Source: Candidatus Methylomirabilota bacterium (GTDB lineage Bacteria > Methylomirabilota > Methylomirabilia > Rokubacteriales > CSP1-6). From it: 47,199 nucleotides of DNA. Each line of letters begins with the position of its first letter. The first letter of the stretch is position 1. Where the stretch lies: contig JBKOZH010000013.1 of NCBI GenBank assembly GCA_046725765.1, positions 1 through 47,199 of the forward strand, given 5' to 3'. This document shows, piece by piece, positions 25,748 to 34,828 of this stretch. Made by a program: the position numbers and the translations under genes. Below the pieces are notes generated by a model. That model saw only the letters and a program-made list of their open reading frames with translations, had not been told where the DNA came from and ran no database searches.

Positions 25748-26742
25748 CGCGCTATCACGCCGACGTCCACGTCGACGACGACGCGCTCACCGCGGCGCTC
25801 GCCGCCGATGTCCGTCGCGGGCTCAGTGCACGGGAGAAGTGGCTGCCGCCGAAATACTTCTACGACGCAGCTGGGTCGGCGCTGTTCGAGCGCATCACGC
25901 ATCTGCCGGAATACTACCTCACGCGCGCCGAGCAGCGGCTGCTCGCAGCCCACGCCGCGGCGATCGTCGACGACGTTCGGCCCGAGGAGATCGTCGAGCT
26001 GGGCGCGGGCTCGCCGGCGAAACTGCGCATGCTGCTGGCCGCCCTGAACGGCAGTGGGCCGCTCGCGCGCTACGTCCCCGTCGACGTCGACGCGTCGATG
26101 CTCTCCGCGGCCGGCGACACGCTGCTCTCCCGAGGCGAGGTCAGCGAGGTCCACGCGGTCGTCGCCGACTTCGAGCGTCACCTGCGACGAATCCCGCCGC
26201 CGGCGGGGCGGCGGCTCGTGGCCTTCCTCGGCTCGACGATCGGCAACCTGCATCCGGCCGCCCGTCACACGCTGCTACGCGACGTCCGACGCTTGCTCGG
26301 CAGCAGCGATCGTCTGCTGCTCGGCGTCGATCTCGTCAAGTCGCCCTGCGCGCTTCACGCCGCCTACGACGACGCCGCCGGCGTCACCGCCGAGTTCAAC
26401 CGCAATATCCTCCGCGTGATCAATCGGCGGCTCGGCGCCGACTTCGACGTCGAGGCGTTCGGCCACTACGCGCGCTGGGATGCCGAGGCCGCTCGTGTGG
26501 AGATGCATCTCGTAGCGTCCACGGATCACACGGTGCGCGTGCGCGAGCTGAACATGACGGTGAGCTTTGAAGCTGGCGAGACGATCTGGACGGAGAGCGC
26601 GTACAAATTCACCCGCGCGTCGGTGGAGGCGATGCTCCGCGCCGCCGGGATGCGGCTCCACCGCTGGGACAGCGACGGCGCGTTCGCGCTGGCGCTCGCC
26701 GCTCCCATCCGCGCGGCGGCGGCGCTGCCGCGCGCCGCATGA
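25744..26742 (+). CDS. egtD: L-histidine N-alpha-methyltransferase EgtD
   Basis: 332 aa. The GTG overlaps the egtB stop (GTGA). Motifs: LPPKYFYDAAGSALFERIT.LPEYY.TR.E, ELGAGS..K, FLGSTIGN, TAEFN.N.L, E.S.KF. Confidence 0.9.
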   Translation: MTRYHADVHVDDDALTAALAADVRRGLSAREKWLPPKYFYDAAGSALFERITHLPEYYLTRAEQRLLAAHAAAIVDDVRPEEIVELGAGSPAKLRMLLAALNGSGPLARYVPVDVDASMLSAAGDTLLSRGEVSEVHAVVADFERHLRRIPPPAGRRLVAFLGSTIGNLHPAARHTLLRDVRRLLGSSDRLLLGVDLVKSPCALHAAYDDAAGVTAEFNRNILRVINRRLGADFDVEAFGHYARWDAEAARVEMHLVASTDHTVRVRELNMTVSFEAGETIWTESAYKFTRASVEAMLRAAGMRLHRWDSDGAFALALAAPIRAAAALPRAA

Positions 26743-27530
26743 CCGCGACCCCGCGCAGCCTTTACGTCCACGACGACCTGACCGCACTCACCGAGGACGA
26801 CCCCGACGCGGCAGCGCTGGCGCAGCGGCTGCTCGCGCTCGTTCGCCGCGACGCCCACGTGCGCGTACTCACGCTCGACGCCCAGCTGGACGCCGTCGTC
26901 CGCCAGGGCTCGCACACGCCGTTTGCGATCACGATTGGCATCGCGGCCGCCGGCGAGGCCGTGGCGCGCGCGCTGCACGCGCGCACGGGGTGGTTCCCTG
27001 CCGTGCGGCGCATCGAGGTCGCGCGCGAGGAGAACGCCGCCGGCAGCTACGATCTCAGCACCGGCGGAGCTGGCACTCTGGGCCACCAGTTGGCGTCGGT
27101 GGCCGGTGCCGCGTCCGTTGCCGTGGTCGACGACACGGTCTTCTCAGGGCTCACGCTCGAGGCGGTGCTGCGCGGGCTGCCGCGGGGCACGCTCGAGCGA
27201 ACGCAGGCCTTCTGCTTGCGCGGGGTCGCCGACAGCCTGCCGGCGCTGCGGCGACTCTGTCCGGTCACGGTCGGGTTCCTCGCGCCGGGACGGCTGCTGG
27301 ACGAGGTGAGCTTCATCAATGCCAGCGGCCTGGTGCGGCGCGGCGCCATCCGCCGCGTCGGACGTGCGCCGCTCGCGTTCTACGAGCGGCCCGAGTGGAT
27401 TCGCGCGTGGTTCCCGAGCACGGCCGACGAGGTCACCGCGTGCTGCGCCGAGCTGGCCGACGTCCTGATCAGGCGTCCTGGCGGCTGCGCGGCAGCCGAT
27501 CGACCGTCGCGTCCGCGATCGCGCGCGTGA
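26739..27530 (+). CDS. Phosphoribosyltransferase-fold protein of unknown specificity, translationally coupled to egtD
   Basis: 263 aa. The ATG overlaps the egtD stop (ATGA). It has a type-I PRTase PRPP-binding loop VAVVDDTVFSGLTL. The last ~20 codons overlap the convergent kinase gene and may be a non-functional tail. Confidence 0.6.
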   Translation: MTATPRSLYVHDDLTALTEDDPDAAALAQRLLALVRRDAHVRVLTLDAQLDAVVRQGSHTPFAITIGIAAAGEAVARALHARTGWFPAVRRIEVAREENAAGSYDLSTGGAGTLGHQLASVAGAASVAVVDDTVFSGLTLEAVLRGLPRGTLERTQAFCLRGVADSLPALRRLCPVTVGFLAPGRLLDEVSFINASGLVRRGAIRRVGRAPLAFYERPEWIRAWFPSTADEVTACCAELADVLIRRPGGCAAADRPSRPRSRA

Positions 27531-29712
27531 GCTGTTCGATCATCACAGGCTTGCACAAGAGGATGCGAACGCCCGCGGGCTTTTCGCCCTTGGCCTCCAT
27601 CAGGTCACCGAAGCCGGTGAGCATGATGATCGGCTTGTCGGGCGCCAGGCGTGCGATCGTCGCCGCCAGCTCGTCGCCGCCCATCTCGGGCATGGCGCGA
27701 TCGGTGATCACCATGTCGAACCACCCGGCCATGAATTTCTCGAGGCCCTCGACGCCGTTGTCCGCCGTCTCGACGGTGTGACCGACCGCCAGCAGCTGCT
27801 GCGAAATGGCCTTGCGCACGATCGGCTCGTCCTCGACGAACAGGATCCGGAGCCGGCGCGGCGCCTCGCGGGACTCGGGACCGCGCGCGTCGGTCGTCGC
27901 CGACGTGCCGGGCGGGAAGCGCATGACGATCGTCGTCCCGGCGCCGGGCCGGCTCGCGACGGCCAGCGTGCCGCCGTGCCGCTCGACGATCGCGTTGACA
28001 AGCGACAGCCCGAGCCCGCTGCCTTGCTGGCCCTTCGTCGAGAAGAACGGCTCGAGGCAGCGCCGCCGGACGTCGTCGCTCATGCCGAGTCCGGTGTCGG
28101 CGACATCGACGCAGACACCGCCACCCTCTCGCCGCGCCCGCACGGTGATCGTGCCGCCCCGCGGCAGCGCGTCCACAGCGTTGAAGATCAGATTGATGAG
28201 CGCCTCGCGCAGCTCGGACTCGTCGCCGAGCATCGGCGGCAGCGAGGCGGCGACCTCCGCCTGCATACGGATCGTCGCGCCCGCCGCGAGCGCCTGGCTC
28301 TTCCAGCGCGGCGCGGTCAGCGCGAGCGCCTCCTTGATGCACCGGTCGAGGTTCACGGGCGACAGGACCGCCTTCTCGGCGCGCTCGCGATAGAGCTCGC
28401 GCAGGCGTCGCACCACGGCCGCCGCGTCGCGCGCGGCGACGTTGATGAGACGCATGTACGTCTCGGCCTTGCCGGGATCCGGCGTCCGGGTGCCGTTTTG
28501 CAGCAGCAGCTCGCTGAAGCCGAGGATCGGCGCCAGCGTGTTGTTGAAGTCGTGCGCGATGCCGCTCGCCATCTGGCCGACCGCGCGAAGCCGCTCGTGC
28601 TGAAGGACTTGCTTCTGCGTGGCCTTGAGCTCGGCGAGCGTCTGCTCGAGCTCGGCGTGGCTCGCCTGCAGCGCCGACGCCGCGCGCTGGCGCTCCGTGA
28701 TGTCGTTGAAGCTCACGACGAGACCGGTGAGATGGTTACGCTCGATCATCGGCGTCGTGACGTAGTCGACGGGCAGCTCGCTGCCGTCAGCGCGCGTGAA
28801 CACGGCGTCGGTGGCCTGCCGCGCGCGGCCGTCCGCGAGCGGGGCGAAGATCGGCAGATCCGCCGGCGCGAGCGGCGTGCCGTCGGGTCCGAGCATGCTC
28901 AGGGTCTCGGCCACGGGACGGCCGACGGCGCGGCGCCCGTCGACGCAGAGCATCTCCGCCGCCGCCGGGTTGATGAACGTGATGCGGGCTGCGGTGTCGA
29001 CGCCGAAGATGCCTTCGCCCGCCGCCTCGAGGATCAGGGCCGTGCGCGCGGAGGCGCTCTCGTTGAAGCGCCACGCGATGACGCTGCCCACGCACGACGC
29101 GAGCACGAAGCCCGCGTGGATGCCGGCCCACCGCCACGGCGACTCGTAGGCGGCGGCGTGGTTGTACACCTCCATCGGCCACAGCACGCCGACGACGCCG
29201 TGGTGCACGGCCACGAACGCCACCGACAGCAAGTACGGAATCCAGTCCTGGCAGAGCGCGAGGAACGCCAGCATCACAAAGAAGTGGAAGTGCGCCTCGA
29301 TGTAGCCGCCCGAGAGGTGCACGAAGATCCCGGACGCGCTCATGAGCGCGAAGCCGACACACGTCGTCTGAAACGTGCGGCTCACGCGCGGCCAGCCCGC
29401 CAGCGCCGCGAAGAACGCCACGACGAGACCTTCGAGCGCCGTGTGCAGGATCGTCCCGTGCTCGATGAGCGCGTGCAGGCTCAGCTCCCACCGGTGACCG
29501 AGCACGGGGCCGGCCAGCACGATGGCGGCGGCGTGCAGCCACGCCAGCGTGAGCAGGAATCGGCGGCGGGTGCGCCACACGCTCTCGGGAAGCGATCCGC
29601 CCGACGGCACGACGGACCACGCGCGTTCGAGCAGATCGACGACGGTGTGCTGGCTCGGAATTGGTCGCACGTCCCCCTCGTGCAGGGACTGTAGGCAAGG
29701 AGGGTGCCGCAC
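27469..29712 (-). CDS. Hybrid sensor histidine kinase/response regulator (6-TM His-rich sensor, PAS, HisKA, HATPase_c, REC)
   Basis: 747 aa. H-box (IAHDFNN), G-boxes (DTGLGM, GSGLGLS), and a C-terminal receiver domain (ILFVEDE...VITDRAMPEMGG...LCKP). The start codon is uncertain. Confidence 0.85.
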   Translation of the reverse strand: MRHPPCLQSLHEGDVRPIPSQHTVVDLLERAWSVVPSGGSLPESVWRTRRRFLLTLAWLHAAAIVLAGPVLGHRWELSLHALIEHGTILHTALEGLVVAFFAALAGWPRVSRTFQTTCVGFALMSASGIFVHLSGGYIEAHFHFFVMLAFLALCQDWIPYLLSVAFVAVHHGVVGVLWPMEVYNHAAAYESPWRWAGIHAGFVLASCVGSVIAWRFNESASARTALILEAAGEGIFGVDTAARITFINPAAAEMLCVDGRRAVGRPVAETLSMLGPDGTPLAPADLPIFAPLADGRARQATDAVFTRADGSELPVDYVTTPMIERNHLTGLVVSFNDITERQRAASALQASHAELEQTLAELKATQKQVLQHERLRAVGQMASGIAHDFNNTLAPILGFSELLLQNGTRTPDPGKAETYMRLINVAARDAAAVVRRLRELYRERAEKAVLSPVNLDRCIKEALALTAPRWKSQALAAGATIRMQAEVAASLPPMLGDESELREALINLIFNAVDALPRGGTITVRARREGGGVCVDVADTGLGMSDDVRRRCLEPFFSTKGQQGSGLGLSLVNAIVERHGGTLAVASRPGAGTTIVMRFPPGTSATTDARGPESREAPRRLRILFVEDEPIVRKAISQQLLAVGHTVETADNGVEGLEKFMAGWFDMVITDRAMPEMGGDELAATIARLAPDKPIIMLTGFGDLMEAKGEKPAGVRILLCKPVMIEQLTRAIADATVDRLPRSRQDA

Positions 29713-29782
29713 CGGCGCGCCCAGGCTTTTCAGCGCGTTACGCGCGTGTTGCCGAGCGCGCCGGAGGGAAACTGATCAGGGA

Positions 29783-31864
29783 CTAGCCGAGGAACCCCTT
29801 GCCGGCGTCGGCGAGACGGTTGAGCAGTGGAGCAGGCGTCCAGAACGCGTCGCCGGTCTTCTTCTGGAACTCGAGCATCTTGTCGCGCAGCGCCTTGAGG
29901 CCGATCGAGTCGGCCCAGAACATCGGGCCGCCGCGATAGACGGGCCAGCCGTAGCCGTAGACCCAGATCACGTCGATGTCGCTGGCGCGGACCGCAATCT
30001 TCTCCTCGAGGATCTTGGCGCCCTCGTTCACCATCGGGTAGAGCAGCCGCTGGAGGATCTCCTCGTCGGAGATCGGCCGCCGCGTGATGCCCATCTCGGT
30101 GGAAACGTCGACGATGATCTTCTCCACGTCCGGATCGGGGCTCGGGTTGCGCTTGTCGTCGTACTTGTAATAGCCCGCGCCCGTCTTCTGGCCGAACCGT
30201 CCCAGCTCGCAGATGCGATCCGCCACCGGCGACTTCACGCCCCGGCCCTTGCGAATACGCCAGCCGACGTCGAGACCGGCGAGGTCGCCCATCGCGAACG
30301 GTCCCATCGGAAACCCGAAGTCGTACAGCACGCGGTCCACCTGGTGCGGCAGCGCGCCTTCGAGAATGAGCCGCTCGGCCTGGATGCCGCGCTGGTGCAG
30401 CATGCGGTTGCCGGCGAAGCCGTAGCAGACGCCGACGAGCACGGGCACCTTGTTGATGCGCCGGCCGATGGCCATGGCCGTCGCAATCGTCGTCTTCGAC
30501 GACTTGGCGCCGCGGACGTTTTCCAGCAGACGCATCACGTTGGCCGGGCTGAAGAAGTGCGTGCCGATCACGCTCTCCGGCCGGCGTGTCGCCGAGGCGA
30601 TCTCGTTGACGTCGAGCGTCGACGTGTTCGTCGCCAGCACGGCGTCGGGCTTGGCGATCTTGTCGATCTTGGCGAAGACCTCCTTCTTGATCGGCATCTC
30701 CTCGAACACCGCCTCGATCACGATGTCGGCATCGGCGAGTGCGTTGAAGTCGGTGGTGCCGGTGATCAGGCCCATGCGCTTGTCGACGTCGGCCATCGTC
30801 AGCCGCCCGCGGCTCGCCGTCGTCTCATAGTTCTTGCGGACGACGCCGAGCCCGCGGTCGAGCGCGTCCTTCGCGACCTCGACCACCGTGACCGGGATCC
30901 CGACGTTGGCGAAGTTCATCGCGATGCCGCCGCCCATCGTACCCGCGCCGATCACCGCGGCCTTCTTGATCTCCTTCGCCGGCGTGTCGGCCGGTACGTC
31001 GGGAACCTTGGCCGCCTCGCGCTCGGCGAAGAAGAAATAGCGCTGCGCCTTCGACTCCGCCGAGTTCAGCAGCTCGACGAACAGCTCGCGCTCGCGCTTG
31101 ATTCCCTGGTCGAACGGCAGGCTCACCGCGGCCTCGACGGCCTTGACGATGTTCTCGGGCGCACGGAAGCCGCGCGTCTGGCGCGCGACGGACTTGCGGA
31201 AGTTTGCGAAGACCTCCGCCTTGCCGCGCACGGCGGCGAGCTTGTCATCGAGGTCGCGGATCTTCTTCAGCGGGCGCTTCTCGTTCAGCACCTTCTCGGC
31301 AAACGCGACGCCGGCTGCCGTGAGGTCGCCCTGCACGATCTCGTCGACCAGTCCCGCGGCCAGCGCCTCCTCGGCGCGAATCGGATCTCCGCTGACCATC
31401 ATCGACAGCGCCTTCTCCACGCCGACCACGCGCGGCAGCCGCTGCGTTCCGCCGGCGCCGGGCAGCAGGCCGAGCTTCACCTCGGGGAGCCCGAAGCGTG
31501 CGTCCTTCACGCTGATCCGGTAATGGCACGTGAGCGTCACCTCGAGACCGCCGCCGAGCGCGGTGCCGTGGACGGCGGCGACGACGGGCTTCGGACTGGT
31601 TTCGATCAGATCGAGCACCGAGTGCAGGCTCGGCTCCGCCGGCGGCTTGCCGAACTCGGTGATGTCCGCGCCGGCGATGAACGTGCGACCCGCGCAGACG
31701 ATCACAATGGCCTGGACCGCCGAGTCGGCAATGGCCTGCTTCAGGCCCTGGGACAGCCCCTGTCGCACGTGCTGACTGAGCGCGTTGACGGGCGGATTGT
31801 TGACGGTCAGCACGGCCACGCGGCCGCGACGATCGAGGTCGATTGACTGGGTGACGGCTGTCAT
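29783..31864 (-). CDS. Bifunctional enoyl-CoA hydratase / 3-hydroxyacyl-CoA dehydrogenase (FadJ/FadB-like)
   Basis: 693 aa from ATG 31864 (GGGAGGG SD). The N-terminus is a crotonase fold (FIAGADI..., GGGLE). It also has the VIGAGTMGGGIA Rossmann motif and a C-terminal HCDH domain. Confidence 0.9.
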   Translation of the reverse strand: MTAVTQSIDLDRRGRVAVLTVNNPPVNALSQHVRQGLSQGLKQAIADSAVQAIVIVCAGRTFIAGADITEFGKPPAEPSLHSVLDLIETSPKPVVAAVHGTALGGGLEVTLTCHYRISVKDARFGLPEVKLGLLPGAGGTQRLPRVVGVEKALSMMVSGDPIRAEEALAAGLVDEIVQGDLTAAGVAFAEKVLNEKRPLKKIRDLDDKLAAVRGKAEVFANFRKSVARQTRGFRAPENIVKAVEAAVSLPFDQGIKRERELFVELLNSAESKAQRYFFFAEREAAKVPDVPADTPAKEIKKAAVIGAGTMGGGIAMNFANVGIPVTVVEVAKDALDRGLGVVRKNYETTASRGRLTMADVDKRMGLITGTTDFNALADADIVIEAVFEEMPIKKEVFAKIDKIAKPDAVLATNTSTLDVNEIASATRRPESVIGTHFFSPANVMRLLENVRGAKSSKTTIATAMAIGRRINKVPVLVGVCYGFAGNRMLHQRGIQAERLILEGALPHQVDRVLYDFGFPMGPFAMGDLAGLDVGWRIRKGRGVKSPVADRICELGRFGQKTGAGYYKYDDKRNPSPDPDVEKIIVDVSTEMGITRRPISDEEILQRLLYPMVNEGAKILEEKIAVRASDIDVIWVYGYGWPVYRGGPMFWADSIGLKALRDKMLEFQKKTGDAFWTPAPLLNRLADAGKGFLG

Positions 31865-31896
31865 GATTGGCCCTCCCGGGTGCGACTGCGAGCGAC

Positions 31897-31902
31897 TATA
31901 CT
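31897..31902 (+). promoter_or_regulatory. -10-like hexamer TATACT, 8 nt upstream of ATG 31911
   Basis: TAnnnT at leaderless spacing, with no SD, inside a 46-bp divergent spacer. Confidence 0.4.
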
Positions 31903-31910
31903 CCGAATCC

Positions 31911-33947
31911 ATGACGCCTACGACCGTCGAGCGCCCCAGCGTCTGTCCCCTCGATTGTCCCGACACGTGCAGCCTCAGCGTCACCGTCGACGCGGGCCGC
32001 ATCACGAAGATCCGCGGCTCGCGCGCCAACCCCTACACGGCCGGCGTGCTCTGCGCGAAGGTGCCCGAGTCGTATCCGGAGTTCGTCCACGGCCCCGGCC
32101 GCCTCACGACGCCGCTGCGTCGAGTCGGCAAGAAGGGCGAAGGGCGCTTCGAGCGCATCACGTGGGAGCAGGCGCTCGACGAGATCCACGCGCGCGTGTC
32201 GTCCGTCATCGCGGAGCACGGACCGCAGGCCGTGATGCCGCTGAACTATGGCGGGCCGCACGGCCTCCTCGCCGGCGGCTCGATGGACCTGCGCTTCTTT
32301 CATCGGCTGGGCGCCACGCTCCTCGACCGCGGGCCACTCTGCGGCGGCATTCGCAGCGAGGCGTGGGCGGGCACGTACGGCGCCGCACCCGGAATTCCGC
32401 CGGAGCAGGTCGAGGCGAGCCGGCTGATCATCGCGTGGGGCTACAACGTCACATGGTCGGGGCTGCATCTCACACCGATCATCGATCGCGCGCGCCGCAA
32501 CGGCGCGAAGCTCGTCGTCGTTGATCCCAAGCGGACGAAGATCGCCGAGCGCGCCGATCTGCATCTGCCGATCAAGCCCGGCACCGACGTCGTGCTCGCG
32601 TGGGCGATCGCCGCCGAGCTCGAACGACGCGGCGCCATCGACCGTGCCTTCGTCGAGCGGCACGTGTCCGGCTACGAGGAGTACATGGAGCGCGCGCGGC
32701 GCTGGACGCCGGCGGCCGCCGCACGCGAGTGCGGGCTCTCCCAGGCGGACGTCGAGCTGCTCGCGGAGTGGTATGCGAGTGTGTCGCCCGCCGCGATCGC
32801 TGTGGGCAATGGACTGGAGCGCAATCAGAACGGCGGCAGTGGCGTACGCGCGGTGTTCGCGCTGCCCGCCCTCGCCGGCAAGTTCGGCGTGCGGGGCGGC
32901 GGGCTCGTGAACTCGGCGCGCGCGGCATTTCCGCGCACGCCCGCCAAGCTGGCGCGGCCGGATCTCGTGCCGAAGGGCACGCGAACGCTGAACATCGTGG
33001 ACGTCGGTCGGCATCTGACCGATCCGGCGCTCTCGCCGCCGCTGAAGGCGATCTTCGTCTACAACCACAACCCGCTCGTGGTGCATCCCGATCAGAATCG
33101 GATGCGCCGCGGGCTCGCGCGCGAGGACCTGTTCGTCGTCGGCTCGGACGTGGTGATGACGGACAGCCTGGACTATGCCGACATCGTGCTGCCGGCGTGC
33201 AGCCACTTCGAGCACGACGATCTGTTCGCGGCGTACGGCACGCACTGGCTGCAGCGTGCGGAGCCCGTCATTCCGCCGCAGGGCGAGGCGCTACCCAACA
33301 CCGAGATCTTCCGGCGGCTGGCGGCGCGCTTTGGGTTCGATGATCCGGTCTTCCGCGCGAGCGACGCCGAGCTCATGGACGACGCGGTCGACGGCGCGGA
33401 CGCGCGGCTGGGCGGTGTGCAGCCGAGCCGCATCCCGCTCGATCGTGCGCTGCTGATGACATTCGACGGCGGCGAGGCGAACCTTTTCGCCAACGTCTTC
33501 CCGAAGACGGCGTCGGGCAAGGTGGAGCTCGCATCGCCCTATCTCGAAACCAAATACGGCGCGCGACTGCCCGACTATCGCCCGTTCACGTCCTCGTACC
33601 CGCTGATTCTCATCACGCCGGCGTCGGATAAGCGCACGACCTCGACGTTCGGCGGCTGCACCGCCAACGCCGAGACGCCGCCGCTCGAGATCCATCCCGA
33701 CGACGCGCGGGCGCGCGGGCTCTCCGACGGCATGCGCGTACGCGTGTGGAACGACCTCGGCGAGGTTCACCTGCCCGTGCGCGTCACGGACTCGGTGCCG
33801 CCCGGCGTCGTGTGCTCGCTCAAGGGCGCCTGGATGAAGACGAGCGACAACGGACAGACGGTGTCCGCGCTCGCACCCACGCACCACGCCGACATCTGCG
33901 GCGGCGCCTGCTACAACGACACGCGCGTCGAGGTGGCTCCCGCCTGA
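31911..33947 (+). CDS. Molybdopterin-dependent oxidoreductase (MopB superfamily) with N-terminal 4Fe-4S motif
   Basis: 678 aa. It has a CPLDCPDTC (CxxCxxxC) cluster motif, the MopB core and a C-terminal molybdopterin dinucleotide-binding domain (IHPDDA...G...V.V). Confidence 0.85.
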   Translation: MTPTTVERPSVCPLDCPDTCSLSVTVDAGRITKIRGSRANPYTAGVLCAKVPESYPEFVHGPGRLTTPLRRVGKKGEGRFERITWEQALDEIHARVSSVIAEHGPQAVMPLNYGGPHGLLAGGSMDLRFFHRLGATLLDRGPLCGGIRSEAWAGTYGAAPGIPPEQVEASRLIIAWGYNVTWSGLHLTPIIDRARRNGAKLVVVDPKRTKIAERADLHLPIKPGTDVVLAWAIAAELERRGAIDRAFVERHVSGYEEYMERARRWTPAAAARECGLSQADVELLAEWYASVSPAAIAVGNGLERNQNGGSGVRAVFALPALAGKFGVRGGGLVNSARAAFPRTPAKLARPDLVPKGTRTLNIVDVGRHLTDPALSPPLKAIFVYNHNPLVVHPDQNRMRRGLAREDLFVVGSDVVMTDSLDYADIVLPACSHFEHDDLFAAYGTHWLQRAEPVIPPQGEALPNTEIFRRLAARFGFDDPVFRASDAELMDDAVDGADARLGGVQPSRIPLDRALLMTFDGGEANLFANVFPKTASGKVELASPYLETKYGARLPDYRPFTSSYPLILITPASDKRTTSTFGGCTANAETPPLEIHPDDARARGLSDGMRVRVWNDLGEVHLPVRVTDSVPPGVVCSLKGAWMKTSDNGQTVSALAPTHHADICGGACYNDTRVEVAPA

Positions 33948-34828
33948 GCGGCGGTCCGCTCGTCGGCGGCGTCGAGACGGGCGGCACGCGCGTACGCTGT
34001 GTCGTCGCGACCGGACCCGACGACGTGCGCGCCGAGACGAGCGTGCCGACCACGACGCCGGCCGAGACGTTCGCCGCTGTCCTGGACTTCTTTCGCGCGC
34101 ACACGCCGGTCGCCGCGATCGGCATCGCGTGCTTCGGACCAATCGATCTGGATCGCGGATCCGCGACGTTCGGTCACATCGCGACGACGCCCAAGCCCGG
34201 CTGGGCCGGGGCAGACGTCGTCGGCGCGCTGCGCACACTGAACGTGCCGATCGTGTTCGACACCGACGTCAACGGCGCCGCACTCGGGGAGCATCGCTGG
34301 GGCGCCGGGCGCGGCGTCGACCCGTTCGTGTACGTGACGGTCGGGACCGGAATCGGTGGCGGCGCGATCGTCGCGGGCACTCCGTTGCACGGGCTGGTCC
34401 ATCCCGAGATGGGTCACATGCTGATTCCGCGCGATCCCGATGACGCGTTCGCCGGCGCGTGCCCGTATCACGGCTCGTGTCTCGAGGGCCTCGCCTCCGC
34501 CGTCGCCCTGCAGCGCCGCTGGGGTGCTGCGCCTGAAACGCTCCACGCCGAGCACGACGCGTGGCGTCTGCAGGCGCGCTATCTCGCGCTCGGCCTCGCC
34601 GCGATTACGGCGGTGCTGTCGCCGCCGCGTATCGGGCTCGGCGGCGGCGTGATGCGCGCGCCCGGGCTACTGGCCCGCGTGCGCGCCGAGCTCGCGACCG
34701 TCCTCGCCGGCTACGTGCGCACGCCGGAGATCGTGCCGCCGGCGCTTGGCGAACGGGCCGGTGTGCTCGGGGCCATTGCGCTGGGCCAAATGGCCCTCGA
34801 CGGACGTGAGTACAATAGCGCGCGATGA
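33944..34828 (+). CDS. ROK-family sugar kinase (fructokinase/Mak-like); apparent CTG start overlapping the upstream TGA
   Basis: The homology begins at LSGGPLVGGVETGGTRV (ATP-binding GGT motif) and includes the CPYHGSCLEG zinc motif. No canonical in-frame start lies upstream of the GGT motif. GAGGTGG lies 7 nt upstream of the CTG. Confidence 0.7.
   Translation: MSGGPLVGGVETGGTRVRCVVATGPDDVRAETSVPTTTPAETFAAVLDFFRAHTPVAAIGIACFGPIDLDRGSATFGHIATTPKPGWAGADVVGALRTLNVPIVFDTDVNGAALGEHRWGAGRGVDPFVYVTVGTGIGGGAIVAGTPLHGLVHPEMGHMLIPRDPDDAFAGACPYHGSCLEGLASAVALQRRWGAAPETLHAEHDAWRLQARYLALGLAAITAVLSPPRIGLGGGVMRAPGLLARVRAELATVLAGYVRTPEIVPPALGERAGVLGAIALGQMALDGREYNSAR
34811..34816 (+). promoter_or_regulatory. 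-10 hexamer TACAAT, 8 nt upstream of ATG 34825 (inside the 3' end of the ROK gene)
   Basis: Near-consensus (5/6) -10 at leaderless spacing. Confidence 0.4.

Noticed and set aside
27469-27530. The 62-nt convergent overlap of the PRTase-like gene and the sensor kinase, as a possible antisense regulatory arrangement.
   Set aside because: The last ~20 codons of the PRTase-like ORF (…RRPGGCAAADRPSRPRSRA) look like a chance extension until the first stop in GC-rich DNA. There is no specific evidence of function.
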